From contig JBGSVZ010000068.1 in assembly GCA_041752695.1 (NCBI GenBank), positions 1 to 64,000 of the forward strand: a DNA stretch of 64,000 nucleotides. The letters are read 5' to 3'. The DNA is from Terrimicrobiaceae bacterium. Its GTDB lineage: Bacteria; Verrucomicrobiota; Verrucomicrobiia; Chthoniobacterales; Terrimicrobiaceae. Both the position numbers and the translations under genes were made by a program. Positions 17,707 through 26,486 of the stretch are shown piece after piece; the first letter of the stretch is position 1, and each line of letters starts with the position of its first letter. Under the pieces are notes generated by a model, which saw nothing but the letters and a program-made list of their open reading frames with translations, did no database searches and had not been told where the DNA came from.

Positions 17707-19416
17707 ATGAAGTTGGAATTTGACATCGCCCAGACCGCTTTCAGCTATTTCGGTTCTTACCTTTCGATCATGATTCCCGGCGCGTCCCCGATGATCGGCA
17801 GTCCCGCACCCCTTGGCCCCGGGATCTACCTGCGCATCCATCGGTGTGCCACGGCGCAGCGCAATGTCTTTCTCCTGGGACTGCTTGATGATCATGGACA
17901 GCCCGGCAAGACGGTGGCTTCGGCCACTCCCGAGGCCCTGACGCTCACCGGGCCCTGTGGCTTGGTGTCCCTTTGTTTTTCCGGCACGGAAACACTGCGA
18001 GTCCGGGGGAAGGGGCCCCGGCTCCGACTTCAAATTCCAGCCCGCCCGGGAGTCATTGCTCATCCGGCCGGAGAAAATCGCTGGGTAGTGAACGCGCGCC
18101 CTTCCCTGGCACGTTTTCTTTTCGAGCCGATGCACGGAGGCGTGCACGTCGGGGAGACCATAAATCCGGCCGGCACAAAGGTGATCAACGTGGAGCTTGT
18201 GCCCGATGCCCATGGCCATTTTGACGCCGCAATCGACGTTTTTCAAAGCACGTGGATTCCGCGGGTCCGGTCGCCGTTTGAGGAATGCGTGGCCGGGGTG
18301 GAGGGGGAATTTCACCGGTGGCTGGATACGATGCCCCCGGCTCCCGCTTCCCTGGCAATGGCCCGGGTCGCCGCCGCCTATACGAATTGGGCTGCCGTCG
18401 TGGAGCCGGATGGATTTTTTCGCCGGCCAGCCATGCTCATGTCCAAGGGCTGGATGGATCAGGTCTGGAGCTGGGACAACTGTTTTAATGCCATGGCCCT
18501 TTGCGGCGGAAACCCACAGCTGGCCTGGGATCAGCTCTGGCTCATGATCGACCACCAGGATGATTTCGGGGCTTTTCCCGATGCCCTGAATCCACTCTTT
18601 CGTCACTACAACTTTTCCAAACCTCCCGTTCTTGGGTGGGCCCTTGGATGGATGATGGCAGAGACCCCCGGGTTTTTCTGCGAGAACAGGCTGCAGGAAA
18701 TATACGAACCGCTTGGTCGCTGGACCCGCTGGTGGCTGGAACACCGCACCGCTCCGGGGGAAACGCTCCCGCATTATCTCCATGGGAATGACAGTGGCTG
18801 GGACAACAGCACCATGTTCGATGCTGGCGCACCTCTTATTGCCCCGGACCTCGCAGCACTGCTGATCCTCCAACTCGAGACACTGGGCGATCTGGCGGAT
18901 GCACTCGGCAAGCCTCGGGAAGCCGCTTGGTGGCGAGAGCGGGCGGCCGCGATGCTTGAGGCGCTCTTGCAGGAACTGTGGCGCGCTGATCATTTCATCG
19001 CCCGCCGCCAGCACGATGGATTTGAGGTTCACTGCGAGAGCCTCATTCCAATTGTGCCGATCGTCCTTGGCCAGCGTTTGCCGGCGGATGTTCTCGCCGC
19101 CTTGATCCGCCAGATTCCCGAATTTCTGACTGAGCACGGCCTCGCCACGGAGAAACCCTCCAGTCCGCATTACGCCACCTCCGGGTACTGGCGCGGTCCG
19201 ATCTGGGCTCCCTCAACCCTCCTCATCGTGGACGGGCTGCGCTGCTGCGGAGAGCAGGCCCTGGCCGAGGACATTGCGAGTCGCTTTTGCGCGATGTGCG
19301 CCGGCAGTGGCTTTGCGGAAAACTTTGACGCGCTATCGGGCCGGGGACTTTGCGACACCGGCTACACCTGGACATCGAGTGTATTCCTGCTGCTGGCTGG
19401 GATCCGGAAAAACTGA
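17707..19416 (+). CDS. GH63/MGH1-like (alpha/alpha)6 glycoside hydrolase
   Basis: VWSWDNCFNA, KPPVLGW, HGNDSGWDNS, YWRGPIW, GFAENFDALSG and YTWTSS motifs. The start is placed at ATG 17707. Confidence 0.88.
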   Translation: MKLEFDIAQTAFSYFGSYLSIMIPGASPMIGSPAPLGPGIYLRIHRCATAQRNVFLLGLLDDHGQPGKTVASATPEALTLTGPCGLVSLCFSGTETLRVRGKGPRLRLQIPARPGVIAHPAGENRWVVNARPSLARFLFEPMHGGVHVGETINPAGTKVINVELVPDAHGHFDAAIDVFQSTWIPRVRSPFEECVAGVEGEFHRWLDTMPPAPASLAMARVAAAYTNWAAVVEPDGFFRRPAMLMSKGWMDQVWSWDNCFNAMALCGGNPQLAWDQLWLMIDHQDDFGAFPDALNPLFRHYNFSKPPVLGWALGWMMAETPGFFCENRLQEIYEPLGRWTRWWLEHRTAPGETLPHYLHGNDSGWDNSTMFDAGAPLIAPDLAALLILQLETLGDLADALGKPREAAWWRERAAAMLEALLQELWRADHFIARRQHDGFEVHCESLIPIVPIVLGQRLPADVLAALIRQIPEFLTEHGLATEKPSSPHYATSGYWRGPIWAPSTLLIVDGLRCCGEQALAEDIASRFCAMCAGSGFAENFDALSGRGLCDTGYTWTSSVFLLLAGIRKN

Positions 19417-19427
19417 ACACGCTTACC

Positions 19428-20330
19428 ATGAAAAAAGAACCTTTTGGAAAAACGGGATTGTTGGTCGCCCCACTGGGAATTGGTTGCACCGACAGTCGTG
19501 AGGTCATGACACATCTGCTCGATGCCGGGGCAAACCTCGTGGACACCGCGCAATGCTACGGTGAGCATGAGGTCTTTCTCGGAGACTCCATCGCCCATCG
19601 GCGGGAGGAGTTCATCCTCCAGACGAAATGCGGTCACCACGATGTGCTTCCCGATGGCACCATGCGTTCGAGGGCGATCAGCATGGCAGATATCGACCGG
19701 GCGCTGGTCCGCCTTCGCACCGACCACCTCGATGTCATGCTGCTTCATTCTTATGACCGGGACCTCCTCGAACAGGGCGAAGCGGTTGCGGTGCTAAGTG
19801 CGGCTAAAAAAGCCGGAAAAATCCGTCTTGCCGGGTACTCGGGCGACAACGAGTCAGCATCCGTCGCCGCCGCTATGGAAGATCTGGACGTGATCGAAAC
19901 CTCCATCAGCATTGCCGATCAGCACAATATCGGAACTCTTCTCCCGGTCACTGTTAGTTTGGGGAAAGGAGTGGTGGCCAAGCGCCCCGTGGCCAACGCG
20001 GCCTGGCGGTTTCTTGGCGCGCACTCTGAGCAGCCCGCAAATTCTGGGACCGCAACCTACGTGGCTCGGCTGAAAGCCATGAGGCTCGACCTGCCAGCCC
20101 TCGGTTTCCCGGAAACGCCCGCCGGCTGGTCGGAGCTCGCTTTTCGCTTTAATCTCGGGATACCCGGGCTGGACGTCTCAATCATCAGCACCAAGAGCGT
20201 TGCCCATGCGCAGGCCAACGTGGAGGCGGTTGCCAGGGGACCACTGGATCCCGGCGTGTTCACAGCCATCCGAGACGCGTTTCTCACGGCGGGCCAAGCC
20301 GAACCAGCAGCGTGGCGAGGTGAGAACTGA
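19428..20330 (+). CDS. Aldo/keto reductase
   Basis: FGKTGLLVAPLGIG, VDTAQCYG, LQTKCG, LRTDHLDVMLLH and GKIRLAGYS. Confidence 0.92.
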   Translation: MKKEPFGKTGLLVAPLGIGCTDSREVMTHLLDAGANLVDTAQCYGEHEVFLGDSIAHRREEFILQTKCGHHDVLPDGTMRSRAISMADIDRALVRLRTDHLDVMLLHSYDRDLLEQGEAVAVLSAAKKAGKIRLAGYSGDNESASVAAAMEDLDVIETSISIADQHNIGTLLPVTVSLGKGVVAKRPVANAAWRFLGAHSEQPANSGTATYVARLKAMRLDLPALGFPETPAGWSELAFRFNLGIPGLDVSIISTKSVAHAQANVEAVARGPLDPGVFTAIRDAFLTAGQAEPAAWRGEN

Positions 20331-20433
20331 GCCTCAGAGGATTCCCTACAACTCATCCGCGATCGCGGGTCGGAATAATTTCAATCCGCCGTGAGAAGGG
20401 CCACGTCTGATGCTGCCCAAATTTTCCTTGCCT

Positions 20434-20455
20434 AAAATGAATTAATGTTCATTTT
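20434..20455. promoter_or_regulatory. Palindromic TetR operator upstream of tetR
   Basis: AAAATGAA-ttaatg-TTCATTTT inverted repeat 6 nt before the GTG start. Confidence 0.7.
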
Positions 20456-20461
20456 GGAAGA

Positions 20462-21034
20462 GTGCGGCCCAAAAATAAACTTAAGCTCGCAAAAATTCGC
20501 GATGCGGTCGTGGTCTTGGCCGGCAGAGGTGGGTTGGTCGGACTTAGTATGAACGAAATTGCCCGGAAGGCTGGGATCGCGACAGGCACACTCTACGTGT
20601 ACTTCGCGGGCAAGGAGGAGTTGCTGCGCAGTGTCTATTGGGAAATCAAGCAAGCCACGGCAGCGGCGTACTTCCATCGTCTGGACCCCACCTTGCCGCT
20701 CAAAACCCGGCTACGCACCATCTGGATGAATGCGCTCTCCCACCGGCGTGAGCACTACGATGAGGCGGTGTTTACCACGCAGTATTACCAATCCGGCCTA
20801 ATCGGGGAGGAGGGGCGTCAGGAGACGCATCGCCTTTTTGCCGCCCTGTTTGACGTGCTCGAGGAGGGGCGGCGGCATCTCATTCTCAAAGAAATTGACC
20901 CGATCCTCACAGCCTGCTTTCTGATCGCGCCGGCGGTGGAAATGGCGGCATTGGAGCGCTCCGGAGCGTTGACCCTCACTCCCCAAATCTGCGAAACCGC
21001 CTGGCAACTGGCGTGGGATGCGATCAAGAGCTGA
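20462..21034 (+). CDS. TetR/AcrR family transcriptional regulator
   Basis: HTH SMNEIARKAGIATGTLYVYFAGKEELL; 190 aa. Confidence 0.95.
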   Translation: MRPKNKLKLAKIRDAVVVLAGRGGLVGLSMNEIARKAGIATGTLYVYFAGKEELLRSVYWEIKQATAAAYFHRLDPTLPLKTRLRTIWMNALSHRREHYDEAVFTTQYYQSGLIGEEGRQETHRLFAALFDVLEEGRRHLILKEIDPILTACFLIAPAVEMAALERSGALTLTPQICETAWQLAWDAIKS

Positions 21035-21045
21035 TTTTTACCTAT

Positions 21046-21067
21046 AAAATGAACATAAATTCGTTTA
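21046..21067. promoter_or_regulatory. Second copy of the TetR operator, at the SDR gene start
   Basis: AAAATGAACATAAATTCGTTTA closely matches the reverse complement of 20434-20455 (AAAATGAACATTAATTCATTTT). Confidence 0.65.
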
Positions 21068-21939
21068 AAAATTCGTCGGGTCGGTCATGGATTCTTGTGA
21101 CTGGCGCATCTTCGGGCATCGGTCGGGCGACCGTATGCGCTTTTGCTGAGAAAGGGTATCGGGTGCTGGCCGGGGTACGCAGCGAGACCGATGCGAACAG
21201 CCTGCGTGCCGAGCATGCGAAGATTGTGCCTCTCATTCTGGATGTCGCGAAGGATGAACATATCGTGCGATTATCGGACGAGGTGGAGGGGCATACAGGG
21301 GCGGACGGACTTGCCGCGCTGGTCAACAATTCGGGCATCAATTATGTCAGTCCGTTTGCCCACACCAAGGAGGGCCGCGCGCGCGAGTTGATGGAAGTGA
21401 ACCTGATGGGACTGGCGCGTGTGAGCCAAGCCCTGGTTTCCCACTTACGCCGACATGTGCTTGTGTCGGGACAGACGGCGAAATTGATCAACGTGAGTTC
21501 CATCGGCGGCGCGGTGGGAATTCCCTGGGAATCGTTTTACCATGCGTCGAAGTTTGCCGTGCTGGGGCTGAGCGAGGCGTTGCGCTTGGAGTTGTGGGGA
21601 GAGCGGATCGTGGTGAGTTGCGTCATGCCTGGGGGGATTCGCACGCCTTTCGTTGCCAAAAGCGCGGCGGACATGCGCGCCTCGCTATCGGCATTGTCGG
21701 TTGATGATCCCGCGCATTACGCGTTTGCCATGCGGAAAATGGCGGACGGGTCAAGGTTGGTCGAAAAATTCGGCTCGAAACCCGAAAAGGTTGCGCGTCG
21801 CATCCTGAGTATTGTCCGTCGGGAACACCCGGGCTTCAAGCATCTGGTCGGACTGGATGCACAGATGATCTACCTTCTGACGAAGTTCGTGCCTTCATCG
21901 CTGCGCCACGCGATTCTGCGCCCTGCATTTGCGGCCTGA
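21049..21939 (+). CDS. SDR family oxidoreductase
   Basis: VTGASSGIG, LVNNSG, INVSS and YHASK catalytic motif. Confidence 0.93.
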   Translation: MNINSFKNSSGRSWILVTGASSGIGRATVCAFAEKGYRVLAGVRSETDANSLRAEHAKIVPLILDVAKDEHIVRLSDEVEGHTGADGLAALVNNSGINYVSPFAHTKEGRARELMEVNLMGLARVSQALVSHLRRHVLVSGQTAKLINVSSIGGAVGIPWESFYHASKFAVLGLSEALRLELWGERIVVSCVMPGGIRTPFVAKSAADMRASLSALSVDDPAHYAFAMRKMADGSRLVEKFGSKPEKVARRILSIVRREHPGFKHLVGLDAQMIYLLTKFVPSSLRHAILRPAFAA

Positions 21940-22051
21940 GTTCCCCTTCCTTTATGGGAAAAGACAGGATTGTTGGCCAAGGCGGCCTAGCGGCATGTTG
22001 ATCCCCCCTCAGTAGCTCGGCCACTCCGAAACGGCGAAGGGAAAGCCGGGA

Positions 22052-22963
22052 TCAGCAACTGAGTTGGGATGTTGCCCGGCGCCGACGTAGAAAGACCAGG
22101 AACCCGAATCCCCCAAGCATCAAGGTGAAGGCGGAGGGCTCCGGAACAATCCCAACGACCAAGCCATTCAGATAGACGCCCGCCGCGCCGGACGGATTCG
22201 CTCCTGCGGCCATTCCTGCTTGGAAGGTCAGTTCATACAGTCCTGTTGATCCATTAAAAACGGATTGGAAAGTCGTCCCAAGCTGGCCGACCTCGTATTT
22301 GACGGACCCGGGGGATGTTTCACCCGAATCCAAGATGGAGTCGCTGGACGATTGGGCTAGGGACCCATTGAGGGCCAGCGTCGTTCCTCCGGTAAAGACA
22401 TTTGAGGCGTAGGTGCCGCCAATGTTAAAGAGCCCTGGCGCGTTGATGGGATTGTTATGGTCAAAAGAGGACAAAACCCAAAATTCATAAGTCAACTGCG
22501 TTGCCGAGGAAAAGGTGAATGACATCAGCCCGTCTCTGCCTGAGGTGTTGTCGGCGGAGTACGTTCCCACCACTGCCCATGGGAAAACGATGGAGTCAGC
22601 CGTGTAGGTCACTCCACTATTGGGTTCTCGGGTGACCGATGCTGGCGTCCAGGTGGACAAGCCGTCCGAGGCGGTGGCGGTTGTTCCTGTGCCGCCCTCG
22701 CCACGTGTGGCATTTTGGAAACCCGAAGCGTTTGTCAAAGCAATGCTGACGCCCGTGCTGATATTCGTGCTATCGACAAGGTTGGCGACATTCGTTTTAG
22801 CAGCGTTTTCCGCATCGAGGGTGTACCAAGTGCCAGCACTGCCGATCGTTCCGACAGTTTGCGAGGCGACATCGGAGAAGTTCAGTTGGATGAGGGTTGC
22901 CGCGTGAGCTGCGCCTGTGAGGGAGACAGCAACGATCGCAAAGGGCAGGAGTGATATTTTCAT
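22052..22963 (-). CDS. PEP-CTERM sorting domain protein
   Basis: Signal peptide MKISLLPFAIVAVSLTGAAHA; C-terminal VPEPSAFTLMLGGFGFLVFLRRRR. Confidence 0.93.
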   Translation of the reverse strand: MKISLLPFAIVAVSLTGAAHAATLIQLNFSDVASQTVGTIGSAGTWYTLDAENAAKTNVANLVDSTNISTGVSIALTNASGFQNATRGEGGTGTTATASDGLSTWTPASVTREPNSGVTYTADSIVFPWAVVGTYSADNTSGRDGLMSFTFSSATQLTYEFWVLSSFDHNNPINAPGLFNIGGTYASNVFTGGTTLALNGSLAQSSSDSILDSGETSPGSVKYEVGQLGTTFQSVFNGSTGLYELTFQAGMAAGANPSGAAGVYLNGLVVGIVPEPSAFTLMLGGFGFLVFLRRRRATSQLSC

Positions 22964-23022
22964 AGGGGTGGTTTTTCTCGTTCGTCGAGGTGTGAGGTTC
23001 GATGAAAACTGCCGGAACCCCC

Positions 23023-23071
23023 GACAACCGAAAAGTCCATCTGGGACATAAATATTTATCCTGCGGGACAT
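23023..23071. promoter_or_regulatory. Putative AraC/XylR-type tandem binding sites
   Basis: GACA at 23023, 23045 and 23067 (exact 22-nt period; GGGACAT twice), lying between a divergent PEP-CTERM gene and an AraC-family regulator. Confidence 0.45.
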
Positions 23072-23147
23072 TCGGGGCTTGTGATTCAGCCGCCGGTGTG
23101 GGAGGAGGATTTCCGAGTCCGACGAGTCTCAACCATCTTCGGGAGCC

Positions 23148-24323
23148 GGAAGGATCTATCTCATCCTTGAAGCGGGTGCACTCCGCAATGGTGTGGTGGA
23201 GGGGGCGATGAAGGCGGCGTATGCATTGAGTTGTCCCCACAAAATCAAATCCATTTCGTGGTGGTGAGGCGAGTTGACCGACCCAGGTTGCGTCGGTGCG
23301 GTTTCCAGATCTTGGAATGCGCGAACAATCACCGAGTTGTCACAGAAACCTTTCCCGGTAATTAATGTCAGCAACTTGAGTGGCCCGATGAAGGAGGCCG
23401 GCAATTTTCTGAGTGACGACCACGCCGTTGGTCGAATGCCGGCGAAGCACCTTTTGGGTCAGGGTTACCCGCAATTTTTTGCCGTGGGTTCGGCCCCTGC
23501 CTACAGCTTGGAGCGGGTGGAAGGATTCGAGGCTGCGCTCCGTGAGGAGGGGTCTTCCATGAAGAATTTGGTTTTTTCCCCCGGTTCGGGCACGGCGGAG
23601 AACACCGAGGCGCTTCGCTCGTTCATTGAGACAATGCCTCCGGACGGTGCGATTTTCGCCACCAACGACTACGACGGTTGGCAGGTCCTTGAAACGCTGG
23701 AACAGATTTTTCCCAACCACCTAGATACCATGGGCGTGCTGGGGGTGGATAACTCGCAAGAGGCAGGCTATTGGTATCCAGGTCCACTACCTGGGCTCTC
23801 ATCTAACGTGCCAGGATTTGAAAGCATCGGGAGGGCGGCTATCGAGTGGTTGGTCAACCACAGCGGCCCGGGTGCGAAGGAGGAAACGGCGAAACAATCG
23901 AAGCGGTTCCCGCCGGCAGGTGTGGTGGCGCGGGGGTCCACCGCCTGCGGCGGCTGCGCCCATCCGGTCACGGCCAGGATGGCCAGATGGGTTTGGAACC
24001 GGGTGCAAAACGGCGAGGTGGTCTCCGTTGAGACAATTGCCGAGCGGCACCGGATGTCGCGGAAGACAGTGTATCGTCTGTTCGCCGAGCACACCGGAAA
24101 ATCGCCGATCGATTTCATTGCCAACCTGCGCATGGATCTCGCGAGACACCTGCTCAAAACCACCGATCTGCCGATTGCGGAAATCTCCGAGCACTGCGGG
24201 TTTTCCAAGAACTCGGTGCTTTCCAGCGCGCTAGGCCGGATCGAAGGCTGCACACCGAGGGATTACCGAAAGAATTTGAGAATGAAGATGGGGATTCACG
24301 ACTCGTCCGGGACGAACATCTGA
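23148..24323 (+). pseudogene. XylR-like regulator (periplasmic-binding-fold sensor plus AraC HTH) with an in-frame premature stop
   Basis: DDHAVGRM, IFATNDYDG, GVLGVDN and AraC tail LLKTTDLPIAEISEHCGF...GCTPRDYR. The upstream in-frame RIYLILEAGALRNGVVEGAM segment is separated by TGA at 23265-23267. Confidence 0.7.
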
Positions 24324-24413
24324 AGTGGGGTGAGAACCATCCGCGCGCAAACCCCGACAACTAATCCGCGATCCGGGATTGGCACTGTTTTGATCGATTC
24401 ACTAACGTCAGCC

Positions 24414-26423
24414 ATGGTTCCTCACCCTCTCAGATGCTGTTTTTTCGGGGCGCTGCTTCTGCTCCCAGCGTCCGTCCTCTTCGCCCAGGAAATCCAGCGC
24501 GGACCCGACAAGATGGTCACCGGGATCCGCTATCTTCCCATCGATCAAAAGTTCCTTAACCCCATCGATCCGTCGGAAGAAGCGGCTTTTTGGGATCGTG
24601 TCCGAGCCGTCCTCATGGAGAGAACCAAGAAACCGGACGGAAGCTACAAGGGCGTGGACAGCCGGACGTTCTTTGAGTCCGAGAAATGGTCCTATCCCTC
24701 CTCGTTGTGGCATATCCTCGCGGGCAACGTGGACGGCGGAATGAAAGTCATCCAGTCCGAGGATGACGCGGCAAAGTCCTGGCATCAACACACCGAGGGA
24801 ATTGACCTCTTCCCCGGGTTTACGGTCCAGGGTCAGGTGGCAAAATATTTCTTCTCGGGCAATCTCATGACCCCGGAATACAAGTCACGCATGGACCGCG
24901 CAATCAAGCAATGGACCGCGACCAATCCACGCACCACTCCGCATCCTGTTTTCAAAAAATACAACCCGGAAATCAAGGATGGCTGGGGGCCGGACCGCTT
25001 CGGCAACAAACAGGTGGACACGCGCCGGACAGATGCGATGTGGGGATTTACCGGCACTGCAATCTACCTTTTTGCGGAAGCTTCGGGGAACGAGGCGGTC
25101 CGGCAGCAGGCCAAGGATGAAATCCTTCGATATGTCTGGTCACTCTACAACGTCGGCATGGGAGAATGGGATTCCTCGACCTATCTTCCGTTTTCGGTCG
25201 CCCCATATTTGAACTTGCATGCCTATGCCAAAGATCCCGAGGTGCGCATGGCGGCCAAGTTGGCGTTGGATTATTATCACGTGGCCGCCGCGTTGAAATA
25301 CCGCAAAGGTCTCTTCAGTGGCACCTCGAAGCGGGACTACGGGAACGCTTACCGAATGAACAGTGGCGGGTTCAATACCTACTTCCCGCTCATCTTTGGC
25401 GGTGGGAAGGATTTTGCCAAGTCGGCCGACATGTATGCCGCCTACGCCATGATCTCGCCCTATCGCCCGCCCGCCGCGACGCTGGCCCTGGCCCGGAGGA
25501 AGCTCTCGAAGTCCATGGAAGTTCTCGCCAGCAAACCGGCCTACCAGTCGTGGGAGATGACCGGGGAAGCCGGGCCGAGTTTTTTCGAGACCCTGTTTCT
25601 GGCGAAAAGCTACGACTTAAGTTCAGTCGTTGGAAAGGGAGGCGCCGATGACATTGCCCCCTTCCGTCTGACCTTTGATCGAGGTAATGATTCCGCCGCG
25701 GTGTTTCTTGCCAGCAGCCGATCGCGTTTCTGTGAGAAGTTTGAGGGTGATGGAATTGGCCAGTATCGCAATCTGCTGGTTTGGTTGAGTCCACCGGCTG
25801 ACGGCCAGTCTTTTCGTTTTGCCCTGCCGACGGGAATCGCGGTTTCCGGCGACGGGAACTGGCAGTTTGCGGATACTGGCACGGCGTGGATTGCCGTGCA
25901 GACTTTCGGGCTGGAAGGATTTTCCTCCGTGTCCCCGGACGAAAAGGAAAAGAAGGATTTTCCCGATACGGCGTTCTTTTCCGCGAAACGGACGGGATCC
26001 AGCGCGGGGGGATTTGCGCTGCTCGTGGCGGAGAAAGGTGACTATCCTTCGTTCGGAGCGTTTAAAGACGCAGTGAAGACCAAGGCTCGTGTGGATAGTA
26101 AACGCCTTGCCGAAAAATCCGTCAGGCTCACCGCCCCAGACGACACCTTTGTGGAGGTCCGTCTCGTCGAGGGCTCCCTCCCGGAAATCAACCGCAACGG
26201 TGAGGTTCGGGACTGGAGCGATTCTCAAAACTGGAAACTCTGGCAGACCGTTAACGGCGACCTGGTTTCACTGGGATGGAAAGAAGGAACCCTTCGCCTG
26301 GCGTGCGATAGCAGGACATACACCGGATCGTTCACCATCGAGGGGTGGCAGAAACCTGATGCCTCACCTAAGGATTTGGAGGTCACTAAGAACCTGAAAG
26401 CAGAAGCTGCGTTCAGCGACTGA
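24414..26423 (+). CDS. Secreted protein of unknown function, probable alpha/alpha-toroid plus beta-sandwich (heparinase II/III-like architecture)
   Basis: Signal peptide ending ...ASVLFA. Helical N-terminal half with GMGEWDSSTY...DPEVRMAAKLALDY, beta-rich C-terminal half. The fold assignment is inference. Confidence 0.75.
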   Translation: MVPHPLRCCFFGALLLLPASVLFAQEIQRGPDKMVTGIRYLPIDQKFLNPIDPSEEAAFWDRVRAVLMERTKKPDGSYKGVDSRTFFESEKWSYPSSLWHILAGNVDGGMKVIQSEDDAAKSWHQHTEGIDLFPGFTVQGQVAKYFFSGNLMTPEYKSRMDRAIKQWTATNPRTTPHPVFKKYNPEIKDGWGPDRFGNKQVDTRRTDAMWGFTGTAIYLFAEASGNEAVRQQAKDEILRYVWSLYNVGMGEWDSSTYLPFSVAPYLNLHAYAKDPEVRMAAKLALDYYHVAAALKYRKGLFSGTSKRDYGNAYRMNSGGFNTYFPLIFGGGKDFAKSADMYAAYAMISPYRPPAATLALARRKLSKSMEVLASKPAYQSWEMTGEAGPSFFETLFLAKSYDLSSVVGKGGADDIAPFRLTFDRGNDSAAVFLASSRSRFCEKFEGDGIGQYRNLLVWLSPPADGQSFRFALPTGIAVSGDGNWQFADTGTAWIAVQTFGLEGFSSVSPDEKEKKDFPDTAFFSAKRTGSSAGGFALLVAEKGDYPSFGAFKDAVKTKARVDSKRLAEKSVRLTAPDDTFVEVRLVEGSLPEINRNGEVRDWSDSQNWKLWQTVNGDLVSLGWKEGTLRLACDSRTYTGSFTIEGWQKPDASPKDLEVTKNLKAEAAFSD

Positions 26424-26486
26424 ATCGGCTGACTTTCCGAAAGGTCCTGTTCCTCACCCACACTCCTCCCCACATCAGCCTTTGCA

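Noticed and set aside
17701..19170. 489-aa minus-strand ORF
   Set aside because: Antisense shadow of the GH63-like gene, common in GC-rich DNA.
24380..24394. TGGCACTGTTTTGAT as a sigma54 promoter
   Set aside because: It lacks the GG-N10-GC spacing and the conserved GC.
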